64,000 nt of DNA, taken from NCBI GenBank assembly GCA_964187785.1, contig OZ076409.1, positions 62,064,001 through 62,128,000 on the forward strand, in the 5' to 3' direction. The DNA comes from Amphiscolops sp. MND2022. Its lineage: Eukaryota. The notes below the pieces were generated by a model. The model was not told the origin of the DNA. It saw nothing but the letters and a program-made list of their open reading frames with translations, and made no database searches. The translations under genes were made by a program, and so were the position numbers. Of this stretch, positions 12,463 to 24,700 are shown in pieces (position 1 is the stretch's first letter; every line of letters begins with the position of its first letter).

Positions 12463-13150
12463 TATTTTAGATCTTTTATCAATATAACCTTGAACCAAAA
12501 TCAAAATGAAGGTGGATAAGAAACTTACCATATAGTACCCAGTAAGGAGAAGCGATACCCAGTAAAGGAAAAGCAGTAAATTTACCCATTTTGCCTCTAT
12601 TGACAATAATTTGCCAAATTGACTGTTGCTGGAAGTTCCTAGCACAGATTTTGGATTAAACGAGAAAATTACCGGTTAGCAACAACCGAAACACGCTGTA
12701 ACACTGTGCTAGGAACAGCTTAGGTTTTGGATGGAAAACGCCAAGAAATCATCAGGAATCGCCGCCCTGTAAAAAATTCAAACCTGCGAATGAGTTTCAA
12801 AACAGACTTCCAAAGAATCTTTCCTGATTCAACAAGAAACTCCTTAACAACAATCACTGCGAGTACAGCATCGGATGCCACGGAGGATCTGAGCTAACTG
12901 AAGCAGATCTTTGTTCAACTATCCAGTGAGAGCAGTTCCGTATTCCCCAATACATCAAGTGATTCGTGGGCGCAGAGAAATTCATAAAAGATACATGGGG
13001 TCCTCAAATCCTGGACAAATAGAAGACATTGAAAGTGACAAGTAGTCAAGTAGAGTTATTCAAAATTTTCTACCCAGAGAATTGTCTCCCAACTGAGGCC
13101 CGTCCCAGCGGAAACAGTTCATTCATTCACAAGGAGAAACTGCAAAAATT

Positions 13151-13486
13151 TTGAATTCGAAACTAACAGCGGATTTGGGATGCAACTTCAACATGATTTG
13201 GGAGCTGCAACAGAGCTGCTGCACTCCATTCAATGATAGCGAAGACTCTGAAAAACTTTTGTTTCTAAGCCAAAGATTAGATGAGCTGCAGAGGTCTCAA
13301 GCAGTATTCGAAGACAGTGTGCTTGACTTTTTTGGGCTGCTTGAGCGAGGCTTCGGGACAATCCAAGCTTCGCATCACAATAATGTTCTGTCAGTGGATT
13401 TGGGATTTTCGGACGCACGTTGCCAATTGAAAGCGTTGAAGGTCAAAACTCGAAAACTGATGATGTCGAAGAAAAAGCGAGAGTAA
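13151..13486 (+). CDS. Uncharacterised Polinton ORF (coiled-coil-like, basic C-terminus)
   Basis: 111-aa ORF inside the element, co-oriented with the + strand gene block; no motif recognised. Confidence 0.3.
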   Translation: MNSKLTADLGCNFNMIWELQQSCCTPFNDSEDSEKLLFLSQRLDELQRSQAVFEDSVLDFFGLLERGFGTIQASHHNNVLSVDLGFSDARCQLKALKVKTRKLMMSKKKRE

Positions 13487-13604
13487 ACTACACCACTGAT
13501 TTGTTCACATTCATTGATGACAATGCACAATTTCCCTATATCATTCATTAAAGTTTTTTGTTGAGGAACAGTTGCTTTAATTTGGATGAAATGAAGCTTT
13601 CAAA

Positions 13605-13979
13605 ATGAAAGATTTTTTTAAAGCTAGTGAATTGCAAACTGCTTTGAGCAAAGTTGGTTACCTTTTCCCAAGAAATACATTGCGAAAAAACGCCTTTCTG
13701 GCAGTTTGCTGCTGTATTGATAAAGTTATTAATTTGTGTGAGATCAATGACATGGTCAACTTTGGGGGCCTAAAAGGTCCCGGAAACAGTATATTGGACA
13801 AATACCTCAAACATTTCAAAATCTTCCGACTTCACGCAATTTTTCACGATGCGTTCGGTTTCATGAAAAACAATTTCGATCTTGGACCGGGATATGTTTA
13901 TGCTATCTCAAAAACAATTTTTCACGAACAGTGTGCTACTTGGAAATTTTACGGCTGCAAATGGAGCTATACAAGATAA
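13605..13979 (+). CDS. Polinton PLA2-like (parvovirus-type phospholipase A2) protein, probably 3'-frameshifted
   Basis: GGLKGPGNSILD (GPGN Ca-binding loop) followed by HAIFHDAF (HD catalytic motif). Confidence 0.6.
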   Translation: MKDFFKASELQTALSKVGYLFPRNTLRKNAFLAVCCCIDKVINLCEINDMVNFGGLKGPGNSILDKYLKHFKIFRLHAIFHDAFGFMKNNFDLGPGYVYAISKTIFHEQCATWKFYGCKWSYTR

Positions 13980-14575
13980 CAGAATATGACAAGTTTGTGC
14001 TTTAACGTTCAGTTCCAATCCAGCTTGCTCAGATGTCAGTTGTGCGCTCTTACAATGAAAATTCAATTTCACTACCTATCTCTCTCACAGCCAATTTTTC
14101 AGCTCGCTTAAATTCAAAAACGATTCTTGTTTCCATCAAGCAGTCGACCATTTCAAGTACAAAAAGTGGACAGACTTGGAGTGGAATTCATTTAAATGTG
14201 AACGGCTTGCAAAATCTCAATCAAGTTATCAATTTTGTTTTGAACATCAACCCCTATCAAAAGATATTTTTTGAAGAACAATGACAGATCAACCAGCGAA
14301 GGGGATTTAGTTGATGCACTGGATGCTAGCGACGTTAACTTCGGCAACCAAAATCGGAAAAGATCGCCATTCGAATTAAATTGAAATTGCTGCTGTTTCA
14401 GAAAAAGTATTCGCAACAGAACACTTTTCATTCTGCCCTTTCACTACTCAACAATTTTTGCAGTTGGTCTATTCAGTATTGGGTACTTAGCACTCAGTTC
14501 TCAAACTCATTATCATTCCGGCGTCTTGGCATTACTGTCTGCTTGTATTGGATTCATCATTCCGAGTCCAAGAGC

Positions 14576-15200
14576 ATGAACAGAAGAATTAAAGCGAGAA
14601 GTCCTCATTGTTTCAATTCTATTGACTGGCCAGGAGAATGCGGAAAAACTGAACTTGTGTCGCAAATGTTGCAGAATCAGCAAAAAATTTCTGGCCAACC
14701 TTCAAAAAAACTAATTTTTACAACCACTTCCGAGATAATTACCAGTCTTCATTGCTTGGGGCTTTGGCGTCAGATGAAAGAACATCAATGGAATTTCATC
14801 AAGGTCTCCAATGGTGTGCCGTCGACAAGTGTGAGACGCAAAAGATGAGAGCGTTGATTGATATCGATGAATTGTATCAAGATGCCTGCGGAGACAAAAC
14901 ATTTTTGAGCTTAGTTGTCGCGGAACGTCATCTGAATATTCACTTGATTATACTGAAGTACAACCTCTATCAACCTTCGAAAAATTCAAAAACTATCGAC
15001 TTGAATGTTACGCAGTTACTTTTCTTCAAGAGCCCTCGCGATATTGAACATATTGGCGTGTTGGGAAGACAAATGGGCGATCGACAGGTTTCATATAAAA
15101 GAGCTACACCAAGGCCTTTTGGCCATTTGTTGATTGACTTGGATTCACAAGTGGACCCTAAACTCAATTAGTCTACAGACTGCGCGGGCAACAAACCTTC
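14576..15200 (+). pseudogene. A32/FtsK-like packaging ATPase, frameshifted
   Basis: Walker A PGECGKT, Walker B LIDIDEL, motif ERHLNIHLIILKYNL, and FFKSPRD...PFGHLLIDL, split over two frames. Confidence 0.9.
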
Positions 15201-15266
15201 TGAATTTTACATTTTTTCGACTAAAATAACTGAAACTGTGGAAATTGAGTCGACGAAACATTTATA

Positions 15267-15497
15267 TGCTTGATTTGTTCACCAATATGAAACCTGTTGT
15301 CAAACAAACTTTTTTACTTCATTGCTCGAACAAAATAATAAAGTTTTTTTGGTTTTGCAATAGTCTTTTCAGTGTGGTTCACTACCGAATCATAATGGCT
15401 TCCAACGTCTCTCGCAAAGACTTGGAGAAATTCACAAGCCTGATAGACTTTCTCTGTGCAAGGAGTAACAAAATTGTCGAAAAACGTCAGTCGTTGT
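15267..15497 (+). pseudogene. Small Polinton ORF interrupted by the Gypsy insertion
   Basis: The ORF ends at KRQSLL exactly where the LTR end TGTGATAATCC starts (15498). Confidence 0.45.
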
Positions 15498-17329
15498 TGT
15501 GATAATCCTCTTCTGCATCTGATTATTCGTTTGAGAGTATAGTGATTTACCAAATATCTCATAATTCATAATTATCCCCCACCCTCTAAATGTCTAGACT
15601 TTAGAACAGTGCACCTCATCAAAATTCTAGATGTAAAATGAATTGACTGATGTACTACTTTATATTCAATACCATATATTCTGATCTGTACAACACAACT
15701 TAAATTGTTTCTTCATCGAATAGTTGTCTTCCTGTAAAAGACCCAATAACTGCAGCTCTGTTAGCGTCTCTTAAAGTACTACTCCTAACGTACAACTAAG
15801 ACCTACTTCTATCTTAATATCTAATAACCATAATAACACAAGTACTTTAACTGGTGCGACCACATCTTTTCTTTCCTTTTTACCAACATTTTTGTACTCA
15901 TTTTCTCTTTCAATACCAAACAATTTTTCTGTACTAATCATACAAAGTGATTCGACTCATTGTCGGTACACAACTTCAATCTTCTTCTGTACTAATCACA
16001 TATACAGTTTGAATCGATTTCGGAGTGGGTTGATTTTTGTGGAAATAGTTGTCTGGTGCGTCATGTAAGAATTCGTATAAGTCTTCAGGTTGAGTTTCCT
16101 GAGTTAATTGTTGTGAGTTTTCAGTTGTTGAGTCAGTTTCACAGACTGATGTTTTTGTGGGTTTTGGGCTCATCTGATGCTGTTAGTCATCAGCTAGGTT
16201 CGGTATTTGTGGTGATTTTGTGTAAAGGCGTGGCGTTTTGAGTTTAAATCCTTTGACGAGGACTGATGATGTCGTTCCATTTTTGGTCTGATTGGTTTTT
16301 TAGCTTGCTTGTACAGTTCGATACCTTTCTTTTGTGCTTCTGTCAAATTCCATTATGGTGGTCTGTTATCCGGCACCAAAATAGCACTCTTCTTCATTAT
16401 GGCCCGGGTTGTTGCAGTTCGAGCATTTGGGTGCTTCTGGGTCTTTTTCAAGTTTTCGCCGTTTTGTTGATTTGGGGCACTCAGTCATCACGTGGCTGGC
16501 ATCTTTGCAATAACGGCAATGATCTTTTTTGAGTGTTTTATCAGGTACTGTTTTTGGAGTTTGTTTTTTAACTTTGTCATTTTGTTTTTTGTTGGGTTTT
16601 CCAGTGTTTTGTTCCTTTTTAGTAACGGGTATTTGCGTTTTGACGAGGGGTTCGTCTGCTTCTAGACCGTTAAATTCCATTTCTCTTTCAAGATGTTTGA
16701 CTATTTGATCACATGTGCCATTTTCGAAGTAGGTTTGATTATTTGAATTTTTAGGGTGGGTAGGCATTTTCGCATATAGCAAATTCTCTATCATTTGGTG
16801 GCCTTATCCCCAAATGTTTTTTCAGCACTTTCTCGAAAATCTTCAAGAAAATTTGAATTGTTCTGATTTTCCGGGTTCAAATGAAGGTCTGTTGAAGCTG
16901 CTTTGCTGATGCACTGGACTCCGGTTTCACATACGTTCGTCTAAAGACTTTGAGTATGTCTTCTAAAGTCGTGTTTGGGGTTCGTTGTATGTTGTTGAAT
17001 GTCTTGAGCTCCAAACCCCTGAGAAGGGCATGAAAATGGTTAATTTTCATGTCCTCTGTTAGGTTTGGTTGCATTCGAAGTGTCGTGTGAATTAAGTCTT
17101 CAAAGTATTCAAAGTTCTCATATTTCTCGTTTTTTCCGTTAAATGTTAATGTATTTTTCGGATGAAAAAGTGATCGTGAGGAGTTTTTGTTGGCCAGTTT
17201 TTTTATTGCTAAGGCGATTTGATTAACTGTTTCAGGTGATTAACAAGTTGTGGTCTGCGTGGGATCCTACTGAGTCATTTAGTTTCTTGGAGCTTTGTCT
17301 ATGGAGTTGTCGGTTGGCTCCTGTCATCA

Positions 17330-18459
17330 TGTGATAATCCTCTTCTGCATCTGATTCTTCGTTTGAGAGTATAGTTACGTCTACGTCCGATTCGTTTTGA
17401 AATAACGGTTTAGCAGGATGTTTCAATTGTTTCTTTTCTGAAGCTCTAAGGGGATAATCATCGTTTTCAGTATCTGAGTTTTCGTTTTTAGACGCGTGAA
17501 CTCCTTTAGACTTGTTTGTTTTCTATCCCGACGGCTGTGAATCTTTGATTTCGTTGATTTCTGACCTCGGGTTTGTTACAGTTTATGCAGTTTGGTTGGA
17601 CTTTATTTCCTCAAAGAGTGTTTTGAGTTTATTTCCATTTCTTCTCTTATCTTTTCAATCTTATCGCTATTCTTTTGTTCCATGATCTGATACTTGAATT
17701 TTGTTACTCATCTGACTGGCTGGGTTCAGTAATTTTGTTTTCTAAGTTGTTTTCACCTAAACTCCCTTGAACTACAGTATTAATACTAGTTAAAGTCTCG
17801 TTACCTGTAATGGGCGTTCCTACTTGAGTTACTTCTACTTCTCTATCTGGGGAAGGAGTTTCCAATCTTCTAGAACGTCTATTACGTCTGTTTCACATAT
17901 TGCTTCGAGTGAAAACAAGGTTCTGGCTTTTGTGGAAGCATTTGAATTATCTTGTTTATTCAAAAGAACAAGATCTGAGGGTATCACAATGTTACCAAAA
18001 GGCTTACAGATGTATGAAGAGAACAACTGCACTAGTTAACGGTTGAGATGTGAATGAATCTCCCTCTCACTTCACAATGAAGTAGCTCCAAAAAGACCCT
18101 GACACTCCTTTTTTACCATAGTCATTGTTGGAAAAAGGTAAAAATAGAATTGCATCAGGTAATGTCATACTATTTATAACATTAGCTCAAGTCCATGACA
18201 TTCAAAATGTGGCTAGGGAAAGGACTGGAGAAACCCTGGAAATTACCTAAAATATAGAATAGAATGCATTTGGGATGATTTCCAAATACCACTTGTTCAC
18301 GTATTCACGTTATATAGTTGGTTATATATATAGCTGGAAACGCCTAGTGACGAGTGTGCGTCACTACTCCTTCCGCAAGATGCCGCATAGTGTCTCTGCA
18401 AAAAGCGCCCAGTGACGAGTATGTTCATTAGCAACATGAGGAAGGGTTTCATTCAAGGC
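17330..18459 (-). repeat. Gypsy LTR copy A1 (contains gag N-terminus)
   Basis: Near-identical to 19347-20470 and 27588-28710; followed on the minus strand by a PBS-like sequence. Confidence 0.8.
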
Positions 18460-18582
18460 CAGTTTTTTTTATTGCTAAGGCGATTTGATTAACTGTTTCA
18501 GGTGATTAACAAGTGGTGGTCTGCGTGGGATCCTACTGAGTCATTTAGTTTCTTGGAGCTTTGTCTGTGGAGTTGTCGGTTG

Positions 18583-18595
18583 ACTCCTGTCACCA
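18583..18595 (-). promoter_or_regulatory. Primer-binding site TGGTGACAGGAGT (tRNA-Leu-like); also at 26840-26852
   Basis: TGG-initiated sequence abutting the LTR end ...ATCACA; resembles the complement of tRNA-Leu 3' ends. Confidence 0.65.
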
Positions 18596-19320
18596 TGTGA
18601 TAATCCTCTCCTGCGTCTGATTTTTCGTTTTAGAGTATAGTTACGTCTACGTCCGATTCATTCAGCAGGATGTTTCAATTTTCATTTTTCATGCTCTAAG
18701 AGTCTCGTTACCTGTAATGGGGGTTCCTACTTGAGTTACTTCTAGTTCTCTATTTGTGGAAGGAGTTACCAGTCTTCTAGATTGTCTATTACGTCTGTTT
18801 TTCATACTGCTTTGAGTGAAAAATAGGTTCTGGCTTATGGGGAAGCATTTGATTTATCTTTTTTATTCAAAAGAACAAGATCTGATGGTATCACAATGTT
18901 ACCAAAAGATATACAGATGTACGAAGAGAACAACTGCACTGTTTAACGGTTGATATTTGAATGAATCTCCTTCTCAGTTAACAATGAAGTAGCTCCAAAA
19001 AACACCCTGACACTCCATTTTTACCATAGTCATTGTTGGAAAAAGGTAAAAACAGAATTGCATCAGGTAATGTCATACTATTTATAACATTAGCTCAAGT
19101 CCATGACATTCAAAATTTGGCTAGGGAAAGGACTAGAGAAACCCTGGAAATTACCTAAAATATAGAATAGAATGCATTTGGGTTGATTTCCAAATAGCAC
19201 TAGTTCACGTATTCACGTTATATAGTTGGTCCTGCTGGAAACGCCTAGTGACGAGTGTGCGTCACTACTCCTTCCGCAAGATGCCGCATAGTGTCTCTGC
19301 AAAAAGCGCACAGTGACGAT
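18596..19320 (-). repeat. Internally deleted Gypsy LTR variant (same variant at 26853-27569)
   Basis: Shares deletions (CCGATTCATTCAGCAGG; CTCTAAGAGTCTCGTTACC) and point variants with 26853-27569. Confidence 0.85.
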
Positions 19321-19346
19321 GTGTTGTCGGTTGGCTCCTGTCATCA

Positions 19347-20496
19347 TGTGATAATCCTCTTCTGCATCTGATTCTTCGTTTGAGAGTATAGTTACGTCTA
19401 CGTCCGATTCGTTTTGAAATAACGGTTTAGCAGGATGTTTCAATTGTTTCTTTTCTGAAGCTCTAAGGGGATAATCATCGTTTTCAGTATCTGAGTTTTC
19501 GTTTTTAGACGCGTGAACTCCTTTAGACTTATTTGTTTTGGATCCCGACGGCTGTGAATCTTTGATTTCGTTGATTTCTGACCTCGGGTTTGTTACAGTT
19601 TATGCACTTTGGTTGGACTTTATTTCCTCAAAGAGTGTTTTGAGTTTGTTTCCATTTCTTTTCTCATCTTTTCAATCTTATCGCTATTCTTTTGTTCCAT
19701 GATCTGATACTTGAATTTCGTTACTCATCTGACTGACTGGGTTCAGTAATTTTGTTTTCTAAGTTGTTTTCACCTAAACTCCCTTGAACTACAGTATTAA
19801 TACTAGTTAAAGTCTCGTTACCTGTAATGGGCGTTCCTACTTGAGTTACTTCTACTTCTCTATCTGGGGAAGGAGTTTCCAATCTTCTAGAACGTCTATT
19901 ACGTCTGTTTCACATATTGCTTCGAGTGAAAACAAGGTTCTGGCTTTTGTGGAAGCATTTGAATTATCTTGTTTATTCAAAAGAACAAGATCTGAGGGTA
20001 TCACAATGTTACCAAAAGGCTTACAGATGTATGAAGAGAACAACTGCACTAGTTAACGGTTGAGATGTGAATGAATCTCCCTCTCACTTCACAATGAAGT
20101 AGCTCCAAAAAGACCCTGACACTCCTTTTTTACCATAGTCATTGTTGGAAAAAGGTAAAAATAGAATTGCATCAGGTAATGTCATACTATTTATAACATT
20201 AGCTCAAGTCCATGACATTCAAAATTTGGCTAGGGAAAGGACTAGAGAAACCCTGGAAATTACCTAAAATATAGAACAGAATGCATTTGGGATGATTTCC
20301 AAATAGCACTAGTTCACGTATTCACGTTATATAGTTGGTCCTGCTGGAAACGCCTAGTGACGAGTGTGCGTCACTACACCTTCCGCAAGATGCCGCATAG
20401 TGTCTCTGCAAAAAGCGCACAGTGACGAGTATGTTCATTAGCAACTTGAGGAAGGGTTTCATTCAAGGCAAACATTACATAAGTGTTATAACTACA
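19347..20496 (-). repeat. Gypsy LTR copy A3
   Basis: TGTGAT start; the other end is CATTACA (20479) or ACTACA (20496), exact boundary uncertain. Confidence 0.8.
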
Positions 20497-21700
20497 TGAC
20501 TTCTTGAAAAACTAACAGAAATACAAAACAAAATGCTAGTGCGGTGGTTTAAAGTTTAGATTCACATCCTAGCTTTGAGTGTTTGTTGCGGCTGTCCTCT
20601 TGTTTGGCTTTGAATACTGATGCGCCACGGCACCCATGCAACTCCTGGGTTGCGACAGTTGGCAACTAAAAATGGAATAAAACTTTTCATCTTATAGAAC
20701 GTTCAATTTTTGATCTTTTGATGAAACACCATGATATCGTGCAGTAGCATCAAAGAATTTGTTCTGATAATACTTTACGAATCATGTCTTGTTTGTCTTT
20801 GAAGTCTACCAAATTAGAAATCACAAGATTCGAGATCGCAAATCTCAGTGAATCCTTCCCACAAGCAATCCTGCCGAAGATTGATAAAAGAACCAGTTGC
20901 GAACAGCAAGGAACAAATGCGGAAAAAATTTGCATGCAAATCAATTCAAACTGGAGGTTAAAAGGTCCACCCAAAAGGAGCGCTCCTGCTGTTGACGACT
21001 TATCCAACAAAGCTAAATCTCTTGCGAAAACGGACAGGATTGTGGTCAATTTGCTTTCTTCGGGACTTTCCGTGGGCAAAGTTGAACGGCCGAGCCAAAT
21101 CTTGCAAAAAATTGATCAGACCAAAGATGTGTTAATTGATTCAAATGCTGGTCGAATACTTATGCACGACGAAGACGTAAACAAACCAGGTTTTGATTTT
21201 TTGAATGACCTACATGTGACCACAAAGTAATTTAGTGAAAATGCTTTGGAACTGATCAGGAGAATCCGGTTAACAGAGTTTCTTCTCGCTTATACAAATG
21301 CAAAAAGTGTTGCGTCAGATATTGTCCACTATCACGAAGAAAGTGATTTGGACGAAAATATTGGAAGTTCCTCAACTGCTAAATGGTTGCATTTATATTA
21401 GCAAGAATCACTTCCACGCGAAACTCAGTTCCCGACAGTTGATCTTACCACAAGAAACGTGTAAAATTGAAAAATTTACAACTAGAAAATCTAAAACATT
21501 ATACGTTTGTGTAAATTTTGCCAGTGGATTGAGTCGAGGCTCTCGAGAACATCCTTCAATATGCTGCAACGTATGTGGATGGGTCCATTTTGCGTGAAGA
21601 GGTCGAAAACAGATGAAGGATTACAAGAAAAACTATACCTTTTTATGCACAAAGTGTTCAGCGACAAGACGATTGATCCAGCAAACAGAAGAAACCTTCA
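20497..21700 (+). pseudogene. Polinton segment (two uncharacterised degenerate ORFs), copy 1 of 3
   Basis: Homologous to 28737-29536 and 35453-36650; protein ...KTDRIVxxLLSSGLSVGKVER... is present in all copies. Confidence 0.75.
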
Positions 21701-24700
21701 CCTGAACTCTCAAAATGGAATTTTTGTCGCTTGTGTATCAGCCTTTGGGTTAAGAATGTAGCAAAAATCAGTTGTTTCAAGCGGAGCTGCTTTCGCTTTG
21801 CGGTTTTAGTAAACTTTGTAATTAATGTAAGATTGCATGATGTTCTTCTTAGTTTGATCTAGGAGGAGTTTCATGCGTTTTTGAATTTATTCTGTTTCAT
21901 CCGCTTGCGGTTGGTATCGTGGATTAGGGTTATATCCGAGTTTGTAGTCTAGGATATTGTGTGGTATTCCACCATGGAAGACTCGTGAAGGTTCACAACC
22001 GAGTGATGCATGGCGTGTTTTGTTGTAATTAAGGACTACCAAAGGGAGTTATTTATGCCAGTTATTCCTAAACTCGCCTGTTGCAGCTTTTAGGTGTGTT
22101 TTGACTGATGCATGAGTTCTCACAAGGAGTCCTATTGTTTGGGCATGTTTTATTGTTGCGTGCTTCAGAGTTCAATTCCCAGCACTGCTGCGACTTTGTG
22201 AGTTACTTGTGCATTGAAGTGAGTGCCTAAATCCGTGATTATCGTTGTTCGAAGGTATGTGTGTTTGCATTGAATGTCCATGATGACTCTTGATACTGCT
22301 GTGACAGTAATACGAGTTACAGGGTGGGCAAACAAGTATCTTGAGAAGATATATATTGCTGTGATGATACGGTCATAGCCTCCACTGGGGGGAAGGTTTG
22401 GTAAAATATCCCTTTGCAAGATGTTTTTCGGTCCGAGATCCTATTCTGGACAATTGAGGAGTTCTGTCCTGAGGAGATCATTAATGATTCGTTTTGTTTG
22501 GATGCAGATTTGGCAATTACTAACCCTTTTTTGATGTATTTTGCCATGCATGGGTAGTATTATTTTTGCCGTGTTTCATGAATCATCTTGGTGATTCCGG
22601 GGTGGTTTGAATTATGACCATGCAGAGCTTGAAAATTTTCTTCTAGGAGTTGGATTGGTAGAATGATTTGGCAGTGAGATATGGTTCCGGTGTCCGTGTA
22701 GTATTTGCGTGTGAGAAGTTCCTGTTTTATCTCTATTCGCGTTATGTTTTGTAAGTAGTGCTGATATCTATAGTCTGATGCCAGTTCATTTCCGTCAAAA
22801 GGGTTTCCTTCGATTTTTTCTCTCAGGTTTCTAAGGACTATGTCATTATTCTGCTCAAGGCGGATTCTTGCGATGTGTTCAAAGTATCCTGAAGAGAAGG
22901 AGATCAGTCCTGATGTAGGTTTAAGTAATTGTTGTAGCTCAGAAACAGCGTTTTCTGGGTCATTGTGTGTTTCAGTTTGTGCCTGATTCCGTATGTTTTG
23001 TTTTTCTTCCCATAATTGATTTTCATCAATATCGTCATCGGGGAGGTCATAAATTTGTTCTTCTTTGACGATGCCGGATGATTGAATATTCACTTCAATC
23101 GCTTTCGTGTGAAAATCATTGCGAATGGCCTTTTCCAGTTTTTCGGTTGAATCGACTTCCGTTCTAGATAAGAAGTCGGCAGCGGTGTTCATTGATCCAG
23201 CAACATGGGTGATCACGAAATAGTTTTGTAGGACATAATGGCTGGCATTCCAGAGTGCTGGATTGATCATTTTTGTTTGGAAAAAACGAGTTATTGAACC
23301 TTTCATCTCTGAACACGATTACTGGGAAGGTACTACCCCACATGAAGTGTCCGAATTCAACAAATGCAAAGTTTTTGGAAAAAATTTCTTTTGCATAAAT
23401 TGACATTTTTGTCTGTGTTGGGTTGAAAGTTTTTGAACAAAATACTATGGGTTCATGTTTTGCGTTTGGATTGGAGTTTTTGGTTCGGGTTGTTTTCGAT
23501 CATGATAGCATATCCTGCTGCTGTGAAACTTGCATCGGACATGACTAAAAGGTGCTTGTTTTTCAGTTGTTGTTTTAAAACTAACTGGCAGGGATTTTCT
23601 AGGAGTTTGTTGAGGTTTGTGAAGGCTTCTACCTAATTTGTTGGAAAGTACAATTTGGAGGTTTCTTTGAGGAGTTCGAAGAACGAAGAGAGAGCCGTTC
23701 CGAAAGGCGTGGTATGTAGTTTCGGTAGAAGTGTAAAAATCCGATATACCTCTGTCACGCCTTTTTTGATCTAGGAAAGTGAGAGAAATTCTTTCACTTT
23801 GTTGGCTTGAATCCGTTTGGTGTGATTGTGCGTCCCAGAAAGTCGACTTGTTTGACTCCAAAGTGGCATTTTGACATTGAGTGTTTTATTCCTGCATTGC
23901 GTTTGCATTAAAAGACAGTTTCGATATTTTTACACAATTGTTTTGTGTCATTTGACGCTATGCCAATGTCGTCGACATATTGGGCACATTGGTTTGCTTT
24001 AATTGCTCTGTCTAGGTACTCTCTCTTAAAGCCTGAAAATGCAGAAAGTGATCTGCTGAGACCCCGAGCAAGGCGACGATGAGCAAATGTTCTACTTGCA
24101 GAATTGAAAGCGGGCATTTGAATGGATTGGCAACCTGCCATCAGAAGGCAGTGGTAAGCCTGCGAGCAATCCAATTTGCAGACAAGTTTTTTCCCTGCCA
24201 TGTTTTGGGCTGCATCCGATAAAGTGTTTAACGGGTGGTTGTTATTGGTGTTATCTTCAGTGATGAGGTTGTTAATCTTCCTGAGGTTTACTAAAAGTCT
24301 GAGGCGCCCGTTGGGTTTGCGTTGCGCAAAAATTGTGTTTGCATGTTCGGCGAAAAGTAAAGTTGTAATGATACCGTACTTGTGTAGAAGTGCAAGTTCT
24401 ACTGTGATATCATCTTTGAGGTTAAAAGGAGTTGGCCGACATTGACTGTAAGCATGTCTGTCATCATTCGGCGTTAGTTTCACTTTGAATTCACGGTTTA
24501 TGCCTTTATCTAAACGATGTCCGGCAAAATTATTGTGGAATTCCATGAGGATCTCTTCACTTTTTTGTCGTTCTTCTGGGCTGAGCGTTGTGTCGGACCA
24601 GTCGAAGTTTGAAAGGAATGCAATTCTGGATGCTTTTCTGGATCCTGCACTGAATTTTGTTGTGGTACTTTGAAAAATCCATTTATGTAGACTTCCGTTG

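Larger units (their letters stand above)
15498..20496 (-). mobile_element. Ty3/Gypsy copy A: 3' LTR stub, 3'UTR, pol deleted, gag, and three tandem 5' LTR copies
   Basis: LTR terminus TGTGATAATCC at 15498, 17330, 18596 and 19347. gag has two CCHC knuckles (CRYCKDASHVMTEC, CSNCNNPGHNEEEC). A junction near 16008 removes pol. Confidence 0.85.

Noticed and set aside
12523..12531. Minus-strand ATG|GTAAGT as an inverted eEF2 first exon, with 12284-12462 as a duplicated intron
   Set aside because: The inverted homology ends exactly at AGTAGT/ACTACT with a 6-bp TSD, so it is the Polinton TIR; the ATG is on the wrong strand.
12334..12645. 103-aa hydrophobic ORF
   Set aside because: It overlaps the TIR, has a non-ATG start and shows no motif.
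15545..16000. env-like third ORF in the Gypsy 3' region
   Set aside because: The segment is short and AT-rich with no substantial ORF; the region between integrase and this UTR is missing in all copies.
17824..18039. Recurrent ORFs MSYFYFSIWG and MQLFSSYICK
   Set aside because: They are antisense or alternate-frame readings that recur only because the LTR is repeated.
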